This document shows positions 29,497 to 44,075 of a stretch of 64,000 nt of DNA, in pieces. The stretch is taken from assembly GCA_951406725.2 (NCBI GenBank), contig OX597820.1:125178001-125242000 (forward strand). The letters run 5' to 3'. Under the pieces are notes generated by a model. That model worked only from the letters and a program-made list of their open reading frames with translations. It was not told the DNA's origin and made no database searches. A program made the translations under genes and the position numbers. The stretch is from Octopus vulgaris. Lineage: Eukaryota. Position 1 is the first letter of the stretch. Each line of letters opens with the position of its first letter.

Positions 29497-30454
29497 GTAC
29501 GTATGTGTGTATGTGTGTGTATGCATGTATGCGTAGCTTATAACTTTATATACATTTTCAATTTATTGTAAGTGTAGAATAAGCTTTGATCCTAAATCAT
29601 GAAATTCACTGAGATCTGAGATGCTTTTAGCCCAAAATCTTCAAGCTTTTCAATTTTCTTTCATTTGTATGTTGTTTATACAATTCATGTTTACTGCAAT
29701 AATATAAAGCAAGATTCTATTTACTGCAAGCACGTTTGTGAAATTATGAAAGTTCTTTAGAACGTAGATACACAATATTTTTGTGTAGGTTTGTTACTAT
29801 CAAACGCTTTACTCTGTTAGTGTAGAGAATGAATGTACAATTATTGCACATCCTATCATCGGCAACCTGGATGCTCCCATTGAACCACTCTGTACGATGT
29901 TACTAATGCCAACCGGGTCGGATATTGGTATTACGTATACTCAATATACTACTAATGAAAAACGTTTGGGAATGGAATTATCAAACGACGAAACACATAA
30001 GATATGATATATGCGAGTTAACGTGTACACTTACCCACGTCTTCCGCAATATCTATCAATATATCTAGGAATCATTTATGCGAGTGTACGTGTGTGTGTG
30101 TGTATGTGTAAATTTGTCTTTGCGTGCGTAAATAATGAAAATACATTCAACAGTCAGAGATTATACTCTAATCACGCATACACACGCACACATGCACACA
30201 TACACAGACACACACCTGCATATATATATATACATGCATACCCAAAAATATATGTACATATATATTTATATGCTTATATATATATGACATTTATGGATTT
30301 GGTTTACTAGATACTTTATATGAGTTCGTGTGTTGAAGCATATTCTGTTGTGTCTGGGGAGAGTCACTTTCTTGTTGTGCCTTATAATGTAACACACTCA
30401 CCAGTGAAGTTATTATATTTATATACATATTCATATATATATTCATATATCTGT

Positions 30455-30577
30455 ACCTAGATCTATCAATCTGTCTATCTCTACCTATCTCTCTTTCTCT
30501 CTATTTATATATCTCTCTATCTATCTACTTATCTATATATCTATATATTTCTCTATCTATCTACCTATCTATCTATA

Positions 30578-30643
<66 letters not shown>
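30455..30643. repeat. (TATC)n microsatellite
   Basis: Direct reading. Confidence 0.95.
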
Positions 30644-31299
30644 AGTAACGTAACGGATTGATTATAAGATGCGAGCATCTTAGAAATAATCTAATATAAA
30701 CTAACATAAACTAATAATCTAACATAAACATTAAATTAACATACAAGACTTACATTAATAAACTTCCCTTTCCAACGGTGATCATAGTTCAGTTTCCTCT
30801 TTTCAATATATATCGTATTGGATCATAATCTTCCTTGTCCCGATTATGTAAACAACATCATGAATTATATACGTTTAGTGTGTCAGTATCTTTTGCCTCT
30901 AACTAATTACACCCTTATTACACCCTAACTATTATATTCCACTAAGAATGAAGTTGTTAATCTGATGACTGCCCTGGTTCAGTAATTCTACAGTTCAGAA
31001 CTTCATTACCATCATCTTGATTGTTCTAATCTTAGATATTACAACAATTTTAAATAGTATATATTTGAAATTTTAATTCCGGACGGCAGAGTTCGTTCTT
31101 CACCCTTTGTATCAGGTAATGTATTATCGATGAAATGCACTTGTACGTATGTATTTTATACATATGTGCGTGTGTATAAGTGTATGTGTATATGTGAGTA
31201 AATGTGGATGTGTGTATGCGTATCCACGTGTGTGCTTATGTATATGTAGATATGTGTATATATTGTTAAGGATATGTGTATATATATGCGTATGTATAT

Positions 31300-31860
31300 G
31301 CAAGGTTCGATGAGAAAATTGTCGTACGTATTTATAGACAACATCCTCTACTGCATGTCATTCGTGACGGAATTTTCCAACGAAACATTTCAGAATGTTT
31401 GGATGTCAATTTGAAGATTGTTTTTGTAGCGAAAGTTGTAGAAATCAAATATCCAGTCAACGTCATGGTTTTTGGAGTGATCACTTGTGATGACGACGTT
31501 ATGCCTCCATTCATATTCCAAAACGGCCTCAGCTTCCATACAGAGGCTTACATCATGTATCTGGAGGATGTAATACTGCCCTGGGTCAAGAAGGTTGCTG
31601 CTGGAAGACACTATGTTTGACAACAGGAGTCTGCACCATGCCACACAAGCAGAGGTACAAATTCATGGCTCTCAGACAATTTGCGACCGCATCACCCGTA
31701 ACATCTGGCCACCATACTACGTGGACTGCAACACTCTTTATTATGTATGGAGTGCAGTTGAGCGAGAGACCAAAAAGGCCTTTGTAATACCAAAGATGAA
31801 TTGAAGGCAATGATTATAGCAGCATTCACCATGAACTGGTGTAGACAGCCATTCGACTGA
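31300..31860 (+). mobile_element. Tc1/mariner superfamily DD37D (maT-like) transposase remnant
   Basis: KYPVNVMVFGVIT...MPPFIF...PWVKKVAAGRHYV*QQESAPCHTS...IWPP...DCN...YYVWSAVERET; homologous to 60721-61525. Confidence 0.8.
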
Positions 31861-34202
31861 AACAAAAACAAATACCAAGTTCATTTTGATTTTTGAATGC
31901 GTTCATAAAGCATGTCAGATAGAGGAGGTATGATTCGTACTTAGATTATACAAAACCAGAAGAGACACTTCTAGGCATTCTGTTAAACGTTGTCTCATCT
32001 ATCCACCGTTCTAGGCCAATATATTTTTGATTGGCTATCTAGGAAGGAGGTGCATAGTTGACCTCGTTATTGTAAGTGAGCGTGAACAAGCATTGTGATG
32101 TACAATACCGAATACTTTAGACCCTTCCACCCACGGTGTTCCTTCAGAAGCATGGATTTGACCAATAATTGTTCAATGAAATTTCGTAGACGGAAGATAT
32201 GTGGACATCCTCCATGGTTTTGCTGCTAAACTACCTTTACAGGCACCCAATTTGACAGCTTTACTTGAACTTTGTCTTTAGCGCAGTCAAGTCTATTACA
32301 AGAAAACTGTTGAGGTCTAACGTTTCTCTCTTCTTCCCTTCCTTCCAATAATCATAATTTTTCAGAAAATTTCTTCTTCCTCTAAGACTTTAAAAAAGCA
32401 TTCTGTTACATCGCCGTCTTTCGCCTTTAAACAATCAATAAATAAATATATTACATAAACTTTAATATTTGTTCAATATTTTTTGGATATTCTTTAAACT
32501 TTTCCTCGGTGACATTCATATGCATATGCACAGAAACTGAAACATGTTCTGTCAACATTTAACCAAAAGTAGTTATTTTCCTCTACTAGAGATCGGCATA
32601 CATTCTACTAGTATTTTCATTTCATTCTATTATAATATTTTTCACCTTCTCAACTTTACTCTTCAACACTACTTTCATCTTTTTCTCATTCTCTAAGTCA
32701 ATTTTGTCCTCTCTGATATCTATCGTTCTCCCTTTCTTTTTTAATTTTATCTTATTTCTTCACTAAGCCTTACTTGTCTACATTCATACCTTTGCCTTAT
32801 TATATACAGTTTTTTTTCTGGATTCATCTTCCCTTTTACTCTCCTAGTGTATTTCACTTTCAGCTTCTCTTCTGGGTTTTTTTATCCTTTTTCTCTCCTC
32901 TAAACTGAAATCTCTGTCGGCCTCATGTGCGTTCCCAGCTCTCTGTCTTACTGTTTTTCTGTCTCTTCTATCATCTCGTCTGCAACCTCTTTAAACTGAT
33001 ATTGATCTTCAGCTAATATTCATCATTTCTCCCCTAGTCTCACTCGTACGCTCGTTCTCGCTCAAAATCTGTTGAAATCTTGTCTTAATATCCATCATCT
33101 CTCTATTGATATCACGCACGTTTTACTAGCGTTATACATTGTAACGACGCCTGACAAAATTATTTCACAACGTACGATCAATCAAAAGATATGTCGAAGC
33201 GAAACGTAGTTTTAAACTCCTCGTCTTTTCTCCCTTTGTATGTCATTAAAGACTGACATTCTTGAGACATTAAATATTGAACACCTACAAACATATACAG
33301 TCTAGCTCCTATCGTGTCTCTTTATCCATCAGTGCAATGAACAAAATATCCTTATTGGAGGATCGATGAATCGAACGTTACTCAGGCTATGTTTAATAGC
33401 TAAACAGACATTAACCCAATAATTTTCGATGTCTGATTCCACATAAAGACAACTTTGGATGTAAACCTGAACAAAGGCGTGTAATCTCGTTGCGTATGAC
33501 AATATAGAACTACCTCAGACTACAATGAAAGCTAGTATTAAAGATCAATAAAATAATAGCAAACTACAGGCTGCGTTGTATGATTTGTATTAGTAGTAAT
33601 TATACATAATCCATTTTAATACTGATTAGGTCAAACGCAACGAGAACGGGAAGATTTCTGCATTATTACGAAACAATAAATCGAAAAGTACCTGTAATGG
33701 ATGATTATTATAGAGGACAAACATATATCACGATAATCTAATGACGTTACTGACTTATTTAATACAGTAGCGAGTCAAATCTTACAGTATTCACTGTTTG
33801 AGAGAGGAAGAGTTAAATCTTGTAGAGTTTTGATAGTTTAAATTCAATTACGAATTAAAAGCAACGCTCTTGTAGAATTTAAACAGAAGCCATTTGTTCA
33901 TTTATGAGTCGAGATACAGCTGTGTCCTTTGGTTAAGTGAATTAATGCTTCCAATCTTTTGTATTGTACTTATGATCGTCTATGTATTGGCTTTAAAATA
34001 ATTTTTTTCTCCCCAAAATGATATGCTTGAAACATTGTCTCTGTAGTTTCAAACAGTAAACGACGTGTGGACTTCATATAACATTGAACAAAGACCCTTA
34101 AATTATGTGCTCCTTGTGTCTATTATTTCGAGTAAATATTTCATTCTCTAACCAGGGATGATAAAATATGTTCCTGTAATATATTGTTAATTTTATTACT
34201 TG

Positions 34203-34256
<54 letters not shown>

Positions 34257-34646
34257 CACTATAGAATAATGCATCGACTGGAAAACTGCTGGCATAATAT
34301 ACGTATAGTATTTAGCATAACCATTGTAGAAGGACAGAATATTTAACACATTCACGATATTACGTCTAAATATAATTATTTTTATGTGTCAATAATCTAA
34401 AGCTCTACTTATTCTTTAGCTTTGCATGATATACTTACTCTGAAATTGTACAGTTGTGTTTTATTTCGCCGAGTAGGATATCATGCTGAGTGTGTTATGT
34501 TAAATGCTTCATAACTTGCTGTGCATTTGACCGTTATCATTCTATCCCCAAGAATTTGTTGTTTCCTCGTCAGAAATATATACACATATTAGTGTGTGTG
34601 TGTGTGTGTGTAAGTGTGTGTGTATGTGTGTGTACTTATATATAGT

Positions 34647-34957
34647 GGATGCGCAATGGCCCAGTGGTTAAGGCAGCGGATTTGCGGTCGTAGAATCGCG
34701 GTTTCGATTCCCAGACCGGGCGTTGTGAATGTTTGAGCGAAAAGACCTACAAAACAGTCATTCACCACAACTTTCTCTCACTCTTTCTTCCTGTTTTTCT
34801 TGTACCTGTATTTTAAATGGCCTGCTTTGGCTCAGTCTGTGTCACGTTGAATCTCGCTGAGAACTACGTTACGTGTACACGTGTCTGTGAAGCGCTCAGC
34901 CACTCGCACGTTGATTTCACGAGCAGGCTGTTCCGTTGATCGGATCAGCAGGAACCC
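34647..34957 (+). mobile_element. tRNA-derived SINE, group C: head as at 8222, tail as at 55432-55747
   Basis: TGGCCCAGTGGTTAAGGCAGCGG...GTTTCGATTCCCAGACCGGGCG head and ...GCTGTTCCGTTGATCGGATC tail. Confidence 0.8.
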
Positions 34958-36963
34958 AGCTGATATTTACACACATATGTGTGTGTATATATATATATAT
35001 ACATATATATACATGCATGTATACATATATATATATTTGCATATATGTCTGTGTGTGTGTGTGTGTGTATGTGTGTGTGTGCACATGTCCTGCTTGTTAG
35101 TGTTTTGCAAGCACGATCCTGTGGCTGTGGCTTCCATTCCATGACTGAGCGTGGGTTGTGTTCTTGGGCTAAACACTTCATTTATCTTTGCTTCATTCCA
35201 TTTAGTTGTGAATGGGTAACAGACTAGCTTTCCGATATTAAGAACTGTTGGCCCCCTTGCGCAGCTAGCGGGGTAGCATCATTCGAGTGGTAAAACGATG
35301 CAAGGAGCATTGTGACCAGTGATGTATAAAACATCATTTCATTTCTCTGGAGAATACTCTTCATCAGCGACACGTGAGACACGTTAAACTCTTTCGAAAC
35401 AGATTTCTGACATTTGTAGTACATGTACGTCAGAAGAATAGGATTCGAGATAAAGAAATTCTTGAGAGGAGCAAATGTTTGAGTATTCACTCACATGTTA
35501 TAAAATGTATTATATGGTCTAGGCGTGTCTCATGTCTTAAGGATGACAGACTTTTCAACCAGCCAGCTATATATAAATAGTGTCTGGGTAATAAGCAATC
35601 TTAGAACAAGCTTATGAAGAAATATGAGACTATCGAACGAGAAATATATATGACGACTGTGCTAAGAAACATAGAAATGGAAATTAAGAAATGGAAAAAC
35701 TTCTCAAGAAAGTGCGCATCCTGGAAAAAAATCCGGTTATGATGGTAGAGAAATATATACGTTGAATTTATCACATGGACAAAGTTACAGCATACAGCTT
35801 GGAACTTTAAAAAATATTAAGATTTTTAACTGCGTTTCAAGTAAAGTAAGAGTAGACACATATACGTACACACACACACAAACGCACGCACACATACACA
35901 TACGCACACGCAGACAAAAACACACTTACACAAACACACACACAAATGCATTCTATGTTTATAGATAAAAGTCCTTTATTACAGTTAAACAAATAGTAAA
36001 TCTATATGTAAATATAGTTGTAGCTTTGATTGTGTCTGCTTGCGAACGAGTGCGTATGTTTCTTCTTCTTGTCTGCTAGATTTGGATGTTTCTTATAAAC
36101 AAAATCTCAATGCAATTATGTAACTAGTCTGATGCACTTAATTCGTTTTGAGAATTGATTCAAAATGTCAAATACGTTTGTTTTTTTTAACAACCAACAT
36201 AACCTATGCGCAATTACATAGTTATTGTCAACAATCTTTGTCAATAAAATACAAATGGACACCGATCTTTCTGATTCGTATTGACAGAACCTGGATACGT
36301 TTGTTCTTTTTCTTTTAAGAAAGTTATTTACCTTTTTTCTCCCGTTCTAATATCTCCTGGATTTTGATTAGTTCGGACAAAAACATTTCCGATGATTTTT
36401 TTTTCCTATTGTGTTCGAACTTTTGCAAATTATATAACATTGTAGAAGCCAGGAATATTCTACTATCGGGAAAGTGTATTTATTATATAATACCTGATTT
36501 GATTGATATTCTGTTCCATGAGTATATACTATCACTAGAGAAAATATTCTATCAACACTTTTGGATTGATAAAGTTAATAGTTATGTAATAGCATAATAC
36601 TTGATAAAAGGCGCTTCGAATTCAGCTTATTTTATATGTTATACCTAATGCAAAGCAACGTAATTTTTTCCTATTCTCCGCCATTAGTGAGACGGATAAA
36701 ACCATAATATGAAATATATTATAACTGAGTTTATTGAACATTGAATCAAGAGATATAAAGAAATCATATAAGGTTATTAACAAGAGAATTGCAAGAAGAC
36801 TTGGCTGTGCAATACAGCAGTCAGAAATATATACCATATATCTGATTATCAGAAACACAAACGCTCGCGTATACATACATATCTATATATATATATATAT
36901 ATAATAGAAATATTAAAATTACTAAGTCTCTCTAAAAGAGAACAACGGCAGCGTTCCCGGAAA

Positions 36964-37379
<416 letters not shown>

Positions 37380-37422
37380 AGCATTGACGTATCTCATCAC
37401 GAGATATACTTGGCAATTTGTA

Positions 37423-37774
37423 ATTGTTCTACAAACGAAATAAAATCACATTTTCGTTACTTCTAAATTGTTCTGCCAAATTATTGCACAACAAAAATAC
37501 AAGCATGTTCTGAAAGCCCCCCACACACACACACACAGTCAAACACACACATACACAAACACTCACACACTGATACACCCTCGCACGCACACACGCATGC
37601 ACACATATACATGCATGCATATCCATGCATACATCTGATCGTATATATATATGTGTATAGTCAGGCATTCGTAGACATATGCGCGCTTGTATACCTGTGT
37701 GTTTCGCTGTTGTTGCTACTGCTTTGTAATTTAGTACTAACGAAAATATGATTTTATTTCGTTTGTAGAACAAT
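37423..37774. repeat. 47-bp inverted repeat pair (37423-37469 / 37728-37774)
   Basis: Three mismatches; spacer of about 260 bp containing CA-rich sequence. Confidence 0.9.
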
Positions 37775-37989
37775 CAGAGACAGCTGAATAAATTTCGTGA
37801 CACTGATCAGATGATGGGTCAATATTTCCTTTACTTTAATTGTCGATGCAGAACATCCTTCCTAGCATCAATTAACTGTAGTCCTCTTCGTTATGATACT
37901 TTTATGAGGTAAAGCTATCTCCAATTAGTGTATATTTAGGAAATCACCTCCTCTAAATGGGAGGAGAAATGCCCCTAATCAATATTTTG

Positions 37990-38330
37990 AATCACCTTTG
38001 AATTGTGAAAATTCAAACGTAAGATAAATCATGGAGAGTTAAGCAATTTAGTGAGTTGCTGTTGGAAACTATATAAATTGGTAAATGAGATAACTTCAAA
38101 ATTTATTGATGTTATAGTATAGTGTTAGAAACAAATTGCCCGTTTTATTTATGGATGTTGACGACAGATTCAATTCTTGGTCAAACATTTAAGAGAACAT
38201 TCCACATGTATAACTGGCGATTATTCAAACACAACTAAAAGTTATGGAGCTGAACATTTCGAACTAAAATCATTTCAATGCTATAAATTGCTTGAAGGAA
38301 ATCTAGAGATGGATTTATCAATATCATCGG
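37990..38330 (+). mobile_element. Possible very old hAT transposase remnant
   Basis: Faint ordered motifs (LYKLVNEI..F, LFMD...FN, MY....F....KLW) with many stops. Confidence 0.25.
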
Positions 38331-38814
38331 CATTCTTATATATCATCAATTTCTGAAATTATCACATAACGTTTGAGATACGAATAAATACATAGAGAGA
38401 CAAGATGTTTGCGAACACACTCTTTTCTACTGGTAACTTCATTAAATAAATCAGTAGGAATATTACAAAAGAAAATTTTCCTCCAATGCTCTATTGGTAC
38501 ATTTTTATATTAGTTAGATGGATAAGAAAGCTGCTGAGCTGGCAGAAGTTGGTAGCACGTAAAACAAAATGCTTAACGGCATTTCGTCCGTCATTACCTT
38601 CTCACTCCAAATTCATCCGAGGTTGATTTTTGCCTATCACCCTTTCAGGGTCGATAAGATAAACACCAGTTCAACACTAGGGTTGATGTAATCGAATTAT
38701 TCCCTCGCTTGTGCATAAAAAACACGAATACCTCACATAAGCTACATAAGTTTCCAGCCAAAAGAAATTAGAAGAGTAACTATAGTGTGTTCAATAACGA
38801 CATTTTCTGAAAAA

Positions 38815-39360
38815 AGGCGGCGAGCTGGCCGAAACGTTAGCACGACGAGCGAAATGCTTAGCCGTATTTCGTCTGCCATTACGTTCTGAGTTCAAATTCC
38901 GCCGAGGTCGATTTTGCCTTTCATACTTTCGGGGTCGATAATATCGACTTAATACGTTTGTCTGTCCTTGTTTGTCCTCTCTGTGTTTAGCCCCTTGTGG
39001 GTAGTAAAGAAATAGGTATTTCGTCTGTCTTTACTTTCTGAGTTCAAATTCCCCCGAGGTCGACTTTGCTTTTCATCCTTTCGGAGTCGATAAAATGAAT
39101 ATCCGTTACGCACTGAGGTCGATGAAATCGACTTAATCCGTTTGTCTGTCCTTGTTTGTCCCCTCTGTGTTTAGCCCTTTGTGAGCAGTGAAGAAATAGG
39201 TATTTCGTCTGTCTTTATATTCTAGGTTCAAATTCCACCGAGGTCGACTTTGCCATTCATCTTTTCGGGGTCGATAAATTAAGTACCAGTTGCATACTGG
39301 GTCGATCTAGTCGACTAACCATCCCTCATATTTTTCGGGCCTTTTGCTTAGAGTAATGAA
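38815..39360 (+). mobile_element. SINE family B head-to-tail trimer; a further degenerate copy lies at ~38530-38705
   Basis: One head is followed by units restarting at GGTATTTCGTCTG (~39015 and ~39199), period about 185 bp. Confidence 0.88.
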
Positions 39361-40149
39361 TAAATAGATAAATATAGATTCCACTGAAAAGTAAACGAAA
39401 TAAACTTATATAACAAAATGGCTTTAGAGAATAGAAGCCAACTGAATTTCTTATGCCTACAAAGTTTTTCATTTCAAAAATAAAAAATAATTCCGGAAAT
39501 TCTTAGTCTCAAATATTCAAAGCATAAAAATCTGGAAGAGTTTAATTTATAAAAATAAATATATTATAATGATACTAGATGGGGTGGATTTTAATCAATG
39601 CCAAGCTTAAATGATTTTGTTCCAATTTATGCAGGTTAAGACTAACTGAAAGGAAAACTAATGTAGTTACAGAAGTGAGAATTACCCAAGAAAAATATAG
39701 CGATGTAGAGAGAACAGATAAATGTAAATTTGTGTACGGGGCAAATAAGTCAATTGTAATCGAAATATGGTTTAAAAAAACATTCCTCATATGCAACAAG
39801 GCATTTCCAATATTAACGGATTATTATACAGTTTTATACTAGCAGAAAAGAAAATTACAAAAGAAATAAGACAAAAGACCAAAAAAATCAATCGAAAAGC
39901 AATATGCTCAGAAACAATAACATAGACGTGTAGATTTATCAATTGATTATGTCGGGAAATGCTACTGAAAACGAAATTGAATACCGCTATTCTTTAAACT
40001 GTGAGACAGTGAAATCGTCTGAGATACTTCCTAAGCGACTTTTAAATATAATCCTCTAAAGTTAGTCAGTTTGAAGCAATTATTTCTACATTGATATCAT
40101 TATCTTTCAATTAATCTCTTTCCTGCTACCACATTCTCCGTCGATCTTT

Positions 40150-40203
<54 letters not shown>

Positions 40204-40239
40204 TAGCCGCTAGCTACTAAAGCTTTATGGTTTTATTCT

Positions 40240-40388
40240 CTTTCTGTTTATTTTCTCGTGTTCCTTTCGGTAGAAGAGCGTAGGCTCGAAACGTGAAAGA
40301 CATTCTCACCTTCCCGAGTATTAAACTAATACACCCGTTTGTTGTTTACGCACCTGTCTTCGAATTTTGTTTTTTGTAAATTCCAACG
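40240..40388 (+). mobile_element. Penelope-like terminal repeat fragment with degenerate hammerhead; related copy at ~21315-21460 (-)
   Basis: CTTT-CGGTAGA-AGAGC-GTAG-GCTC-GAAACGTG-AAAG. The downstream ~90 bp aligns by eye with the reverse complement of 21320-21450, which has TTGTCGA-AGAGC-GTAG-GCTG-GAAAGTA. The fragment abuts a microsatellite. Confidence 0.5.
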
Positions 40389-40412
40389 ACATACATACAT
40401 ACAAACATATAC

Positions 40413-40503
<91 letters not shown>

Positions 40504-40603
40504 GTATATATAAAAGAATAATAATATTAGGGAGTATAATTCGAAATTTACAGTGAAAAATTCAATTTAGTATTAAATCAAATTTGACAATATAAATATA
40601 CAA

Positions 40604-40788
40604 AATATAAATTAGAGATAACACCACTATTATGCAACTCAAAGAGTGATAGACATAAACCAAAACATAAGTAAAAAATATTATATATAATATTATATAT
40701 ATCATATAAATATTTGTTATTTATGTTTTGGTTTATGTCTATCACTGTTTGAGTTGCATAACAATGGTTTTATCTCCAATTTATATTA
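40604..40788. repeat. Imperfect ~75-bp inverted repeat
   Basis: TTATGCAACTCAAAGAGTGATAGACATAAACCAAAACATAA pairs with TTATGTTTTGGTTTATGTCTATCACTGTTTGAGTTGCATAA. Confidence 0.92.
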
Positions 40789-40791
40789 TAT

Positions 40792-40844
<53 letters not shown>

Positions 40845-40847
<3 letters not shown>

Positions 40848-42300
40848 AGACAGGATAGAAAATGCTAAAGTAATTTTATCATGAAGAAAATGTTAGTGCA
40901 GTTTTCAGTCTTTGCAATTAAATTCTGGAAAACTTAAATGAAATTTTTCTTAGAATATTTCCATAATTCTCAAATACGTGTGACATTTTCCGCTTTTTTG
41001 CTATTTTCCCTCTCTGTTTTTTACATGTGTGAAAGCTCGGTAGGCTAGGCAGTAGCGGCAGATCAGAAGAAATATTTGAAATGTGGAATGTCGGTTCTGG
41101 TATTTGATTGTTTAAGCAGCAGTTGCCGAGGAAGTAGACGGCGAAGAAGAAGAAGAGAGTGTGGGAAAAGAAGAGAAAGAATAAAAAACACGGTAGAGGT
41201 ATGACAGTAATAGACTGTTGCTAGGGTTTCCTTGAATGGTCAAGTAACCTGAAAGTGATCTGTTCTGGTTACAGCGCTAGTGATCGGAATTGTTCTAGAT
41301 AAGTTCATGGGTAGAGAATGTTCTGAATATGTCGTTTTCAATATTGGCTTAGGTATTATTCTAAGTCCCTTGCAGTAATTTCATTTGTGGTGGAAGCATT
41401 CAAATGGGGTTTATATTATTCTTTTCTAATGCGCTGATTATAGGTTGCATCGGCCCTGAATTTATAAAGCGGAAAAACTCTGAAGTTGGGGTGTTTCTCA
41501 ATGTCGATGTGTTCGTTAAATGCTATTTTTCTGTATTCCTGAATTTTGATCTGACATCTATATAGGGCCATCCTTCGGCGTAGACTCCTTTTTTGCTTGG
41601 CCTATGCATTGACTTAGACACCCTGAACAAGTTAATGCATATATTACGTTTTTCGAAGCGCATGTGAAGTTGTTTATCGCTGTAGAACGTTGACCTTTTT
41701 TGAAGGGGAACCCCGATCCCTCGATTAGGTTGATGCACATACCAATGTTAGGTCTTCCACATTTTTTTTACAGACGCTTTCAATGTTGATGAATATTCTT
41801 CGTTTGTAGGACACGGTGAAAGCTTATATCAGTATGTTTCTATTTTGTTGCTGTATTTCTCAATGCGGATGTTGAGGAATGGTAGTTGTTCATAGCTATA
41901 TTCCATCGTAAATTGAATGTTTATGTAACGTTCATTTAGAAGTGCTTGAAATTATTTAAGCCTCCCTTTACTTTCATGCCAAGAAATTAAGCAGTCACCC
42001 AGGTACCTCTTCCATTTATTCCCTATGTAGAGGGAGAATGGGTTGCCGTATTTTCTCTTACCTTATAATTAAGACTGATTTCTAGATATCCCATGACTAG
42101 GTTAGCAAAGAGGGTTGCCATTCTCGTACCCATCGTTGTCCCCGATTTTTTGTCGATAGAAGTTATCTTTGAAGACGAAGAAGTTATTTTCCAAGATGGA
42201 TTTTAGCCCTTCTATTACGAATTCATTTTTGGAGCGATGTGGGAGTTTATTGACGTATTTCTCTAGCCAGAATTGGATTACCTCTATTCCTAGACTGTGG
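40845..42300 (-). mobile_element. Penelope-like retroelement remnant (RT + GIY-YIG)
   Basis: ILENNFFVFKDNFYRQKIG..MG...FANLVMGYLE, RYLGDC (YxDD position) and TCASKNVIYALTCSGC..QCIGQ. The 3' end runs into (TA)n. Confidence 0.88.
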
Positions 42301-43256
42301 CTTGAAATCAAAGTGTATTCAACGGACTTGGTGAAGTATCTTCATATATTTAGTTACACTAGCAAATGGATATACAGTATCATCTAGCTATCTGTCACTC
42401 TACTACTAATAACAAGCGAACACACTCATAGTTATTTCCGCAACTCTCAGTGGATCATTACGTTTCGGTTACAAACACGTTTTTATATTAATTGTAAAAA
42501 GAAAATTCCTCGCCTGCTCATCTCTTAGGGAAAGAAGAAACATGTATACATTGGGTTTAGTAGTCTTAGGTACGTTACGTTTGAAAACAGGAGAACGATT
42601 TTAATTCATTTTCTGCACAGGCAATGCTGACCTGCATGAAAATAACAAATTATGAAATAAAATCATGACAGCCTACTTAATATAAACTCGTGTTTTATAT
42701 TTGTATGGTTATACCACGGGATATATTGAAAATTATTCTAAATGTAAAATAGAATGTCAGAACAAATATATTGTAATAAAAATTTTAAGAAAATTTTAAG
42801 AAAACTAATGCAAACTTTTATTAAATGTATAACAAAACACGCACCGCAGAACACAATATGTATTTAGATTCCTTTCTTTATTTTCATCTCAAAGAATACG
42901 AAATATTTACAAAAAATGGGAATAAAAAAATTAATAAGTAACATTAATATTTATTCAATGCTTTTGATAGGTCGTCAATGCATGTTTACATGTAAATAAG
43001 TTGTAAGAATGAAGCGAGTGACACCAAACATCGTGTAACATACTAAACGAAAACAATGGCTTAAAAAATACAAAAACAAAAAATAAATATAGCAATTCAT
43101 TAAAAGATATTGAAATTTTACATCTGTCTAGAGGTCTGTCTCCCACTCAATCAACTTTTCTCTTCTTCTCAATTTCTCCTTCTAACTTAAAATTTATATA
43201 TCGATATTTTCCTTAACTGTCTGTCCTGTTATTATAATATATACATATATATAATA

Positions 43257-43311
<55 letters not shown>

Positions 43312-43369
43312 TGTGTGTGTATTGAAATATCAGCATGCAAATTTCATATTATTTTACATAATGAATGCA

Positions 43370-43401
<32 letters not shown>

Positions 43402-43782
43402 CTACTGACGCGCATATATATTTATAAAAACTGACGTGTATAGAGTTCCGAATTTCCATATATGTAAATACATTTATATCCACTATTTTATTGTATGAGC
43501 TAATCAGTTTTCAGCAAAATTTAACAACTTATTGAGTGCATGCACACCGGTTTGGTAATATTGAGAGTATAACACAAGGAAAAGAGTCAGTACATTAAAT
43601 CTAGGGAGTTGTGGAAACATGTAGCTTTATTTCGATAGCTTTGACGTGAGTTTAACCAAGAGGATGGATGCAATTATTATTTTGCACACCCATATAAATA
43701 TACACGTACTTATGTATGCATCTCTCCCTTCCCTCTATATGAATCTATTTATATACATACTAACATATATATATACATACAT

Positions 43783-43837
<55 letters not shown>

Positions 43838-43886
43838 GTGTGTGTATAGGAATATAGTTATAACTGTAGATCAATATCTATATATA

Positions 43887-44075
43887 GGCTGAGTGAAGAA
43901 GCTTTGTTGCCAACCAGATGGTTCACACTGCGTGGAACCTTGGGTAGATGTCTTCTAGTATAGCCATAGGCAACCAAAGCATGAGTATTGCATTTGATGG
44001 AAGAAAACTAAAAGAACCCCGTCATATATATGTGTGTATGTGTTTATGTGTGTGTACATGTGTGTGTGTGTGAGA
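43887..44075 (+). mobile_element. Degenerate SINE family A 5' half
   Basis: Matches head motifs CACTGCGTGGAACCTTGGG...GTCTTCTAGTATAGCC...GAAAACTAAAAGAACCCCGTC. Confidence 0.65.

Noticed and set aside
38815-39360. CRISPR-like or retrozyme-like tandem array
   Set aside because: Units are SINE bodies with no unique spacers and no ribozyme core; the context is eukaryotic.
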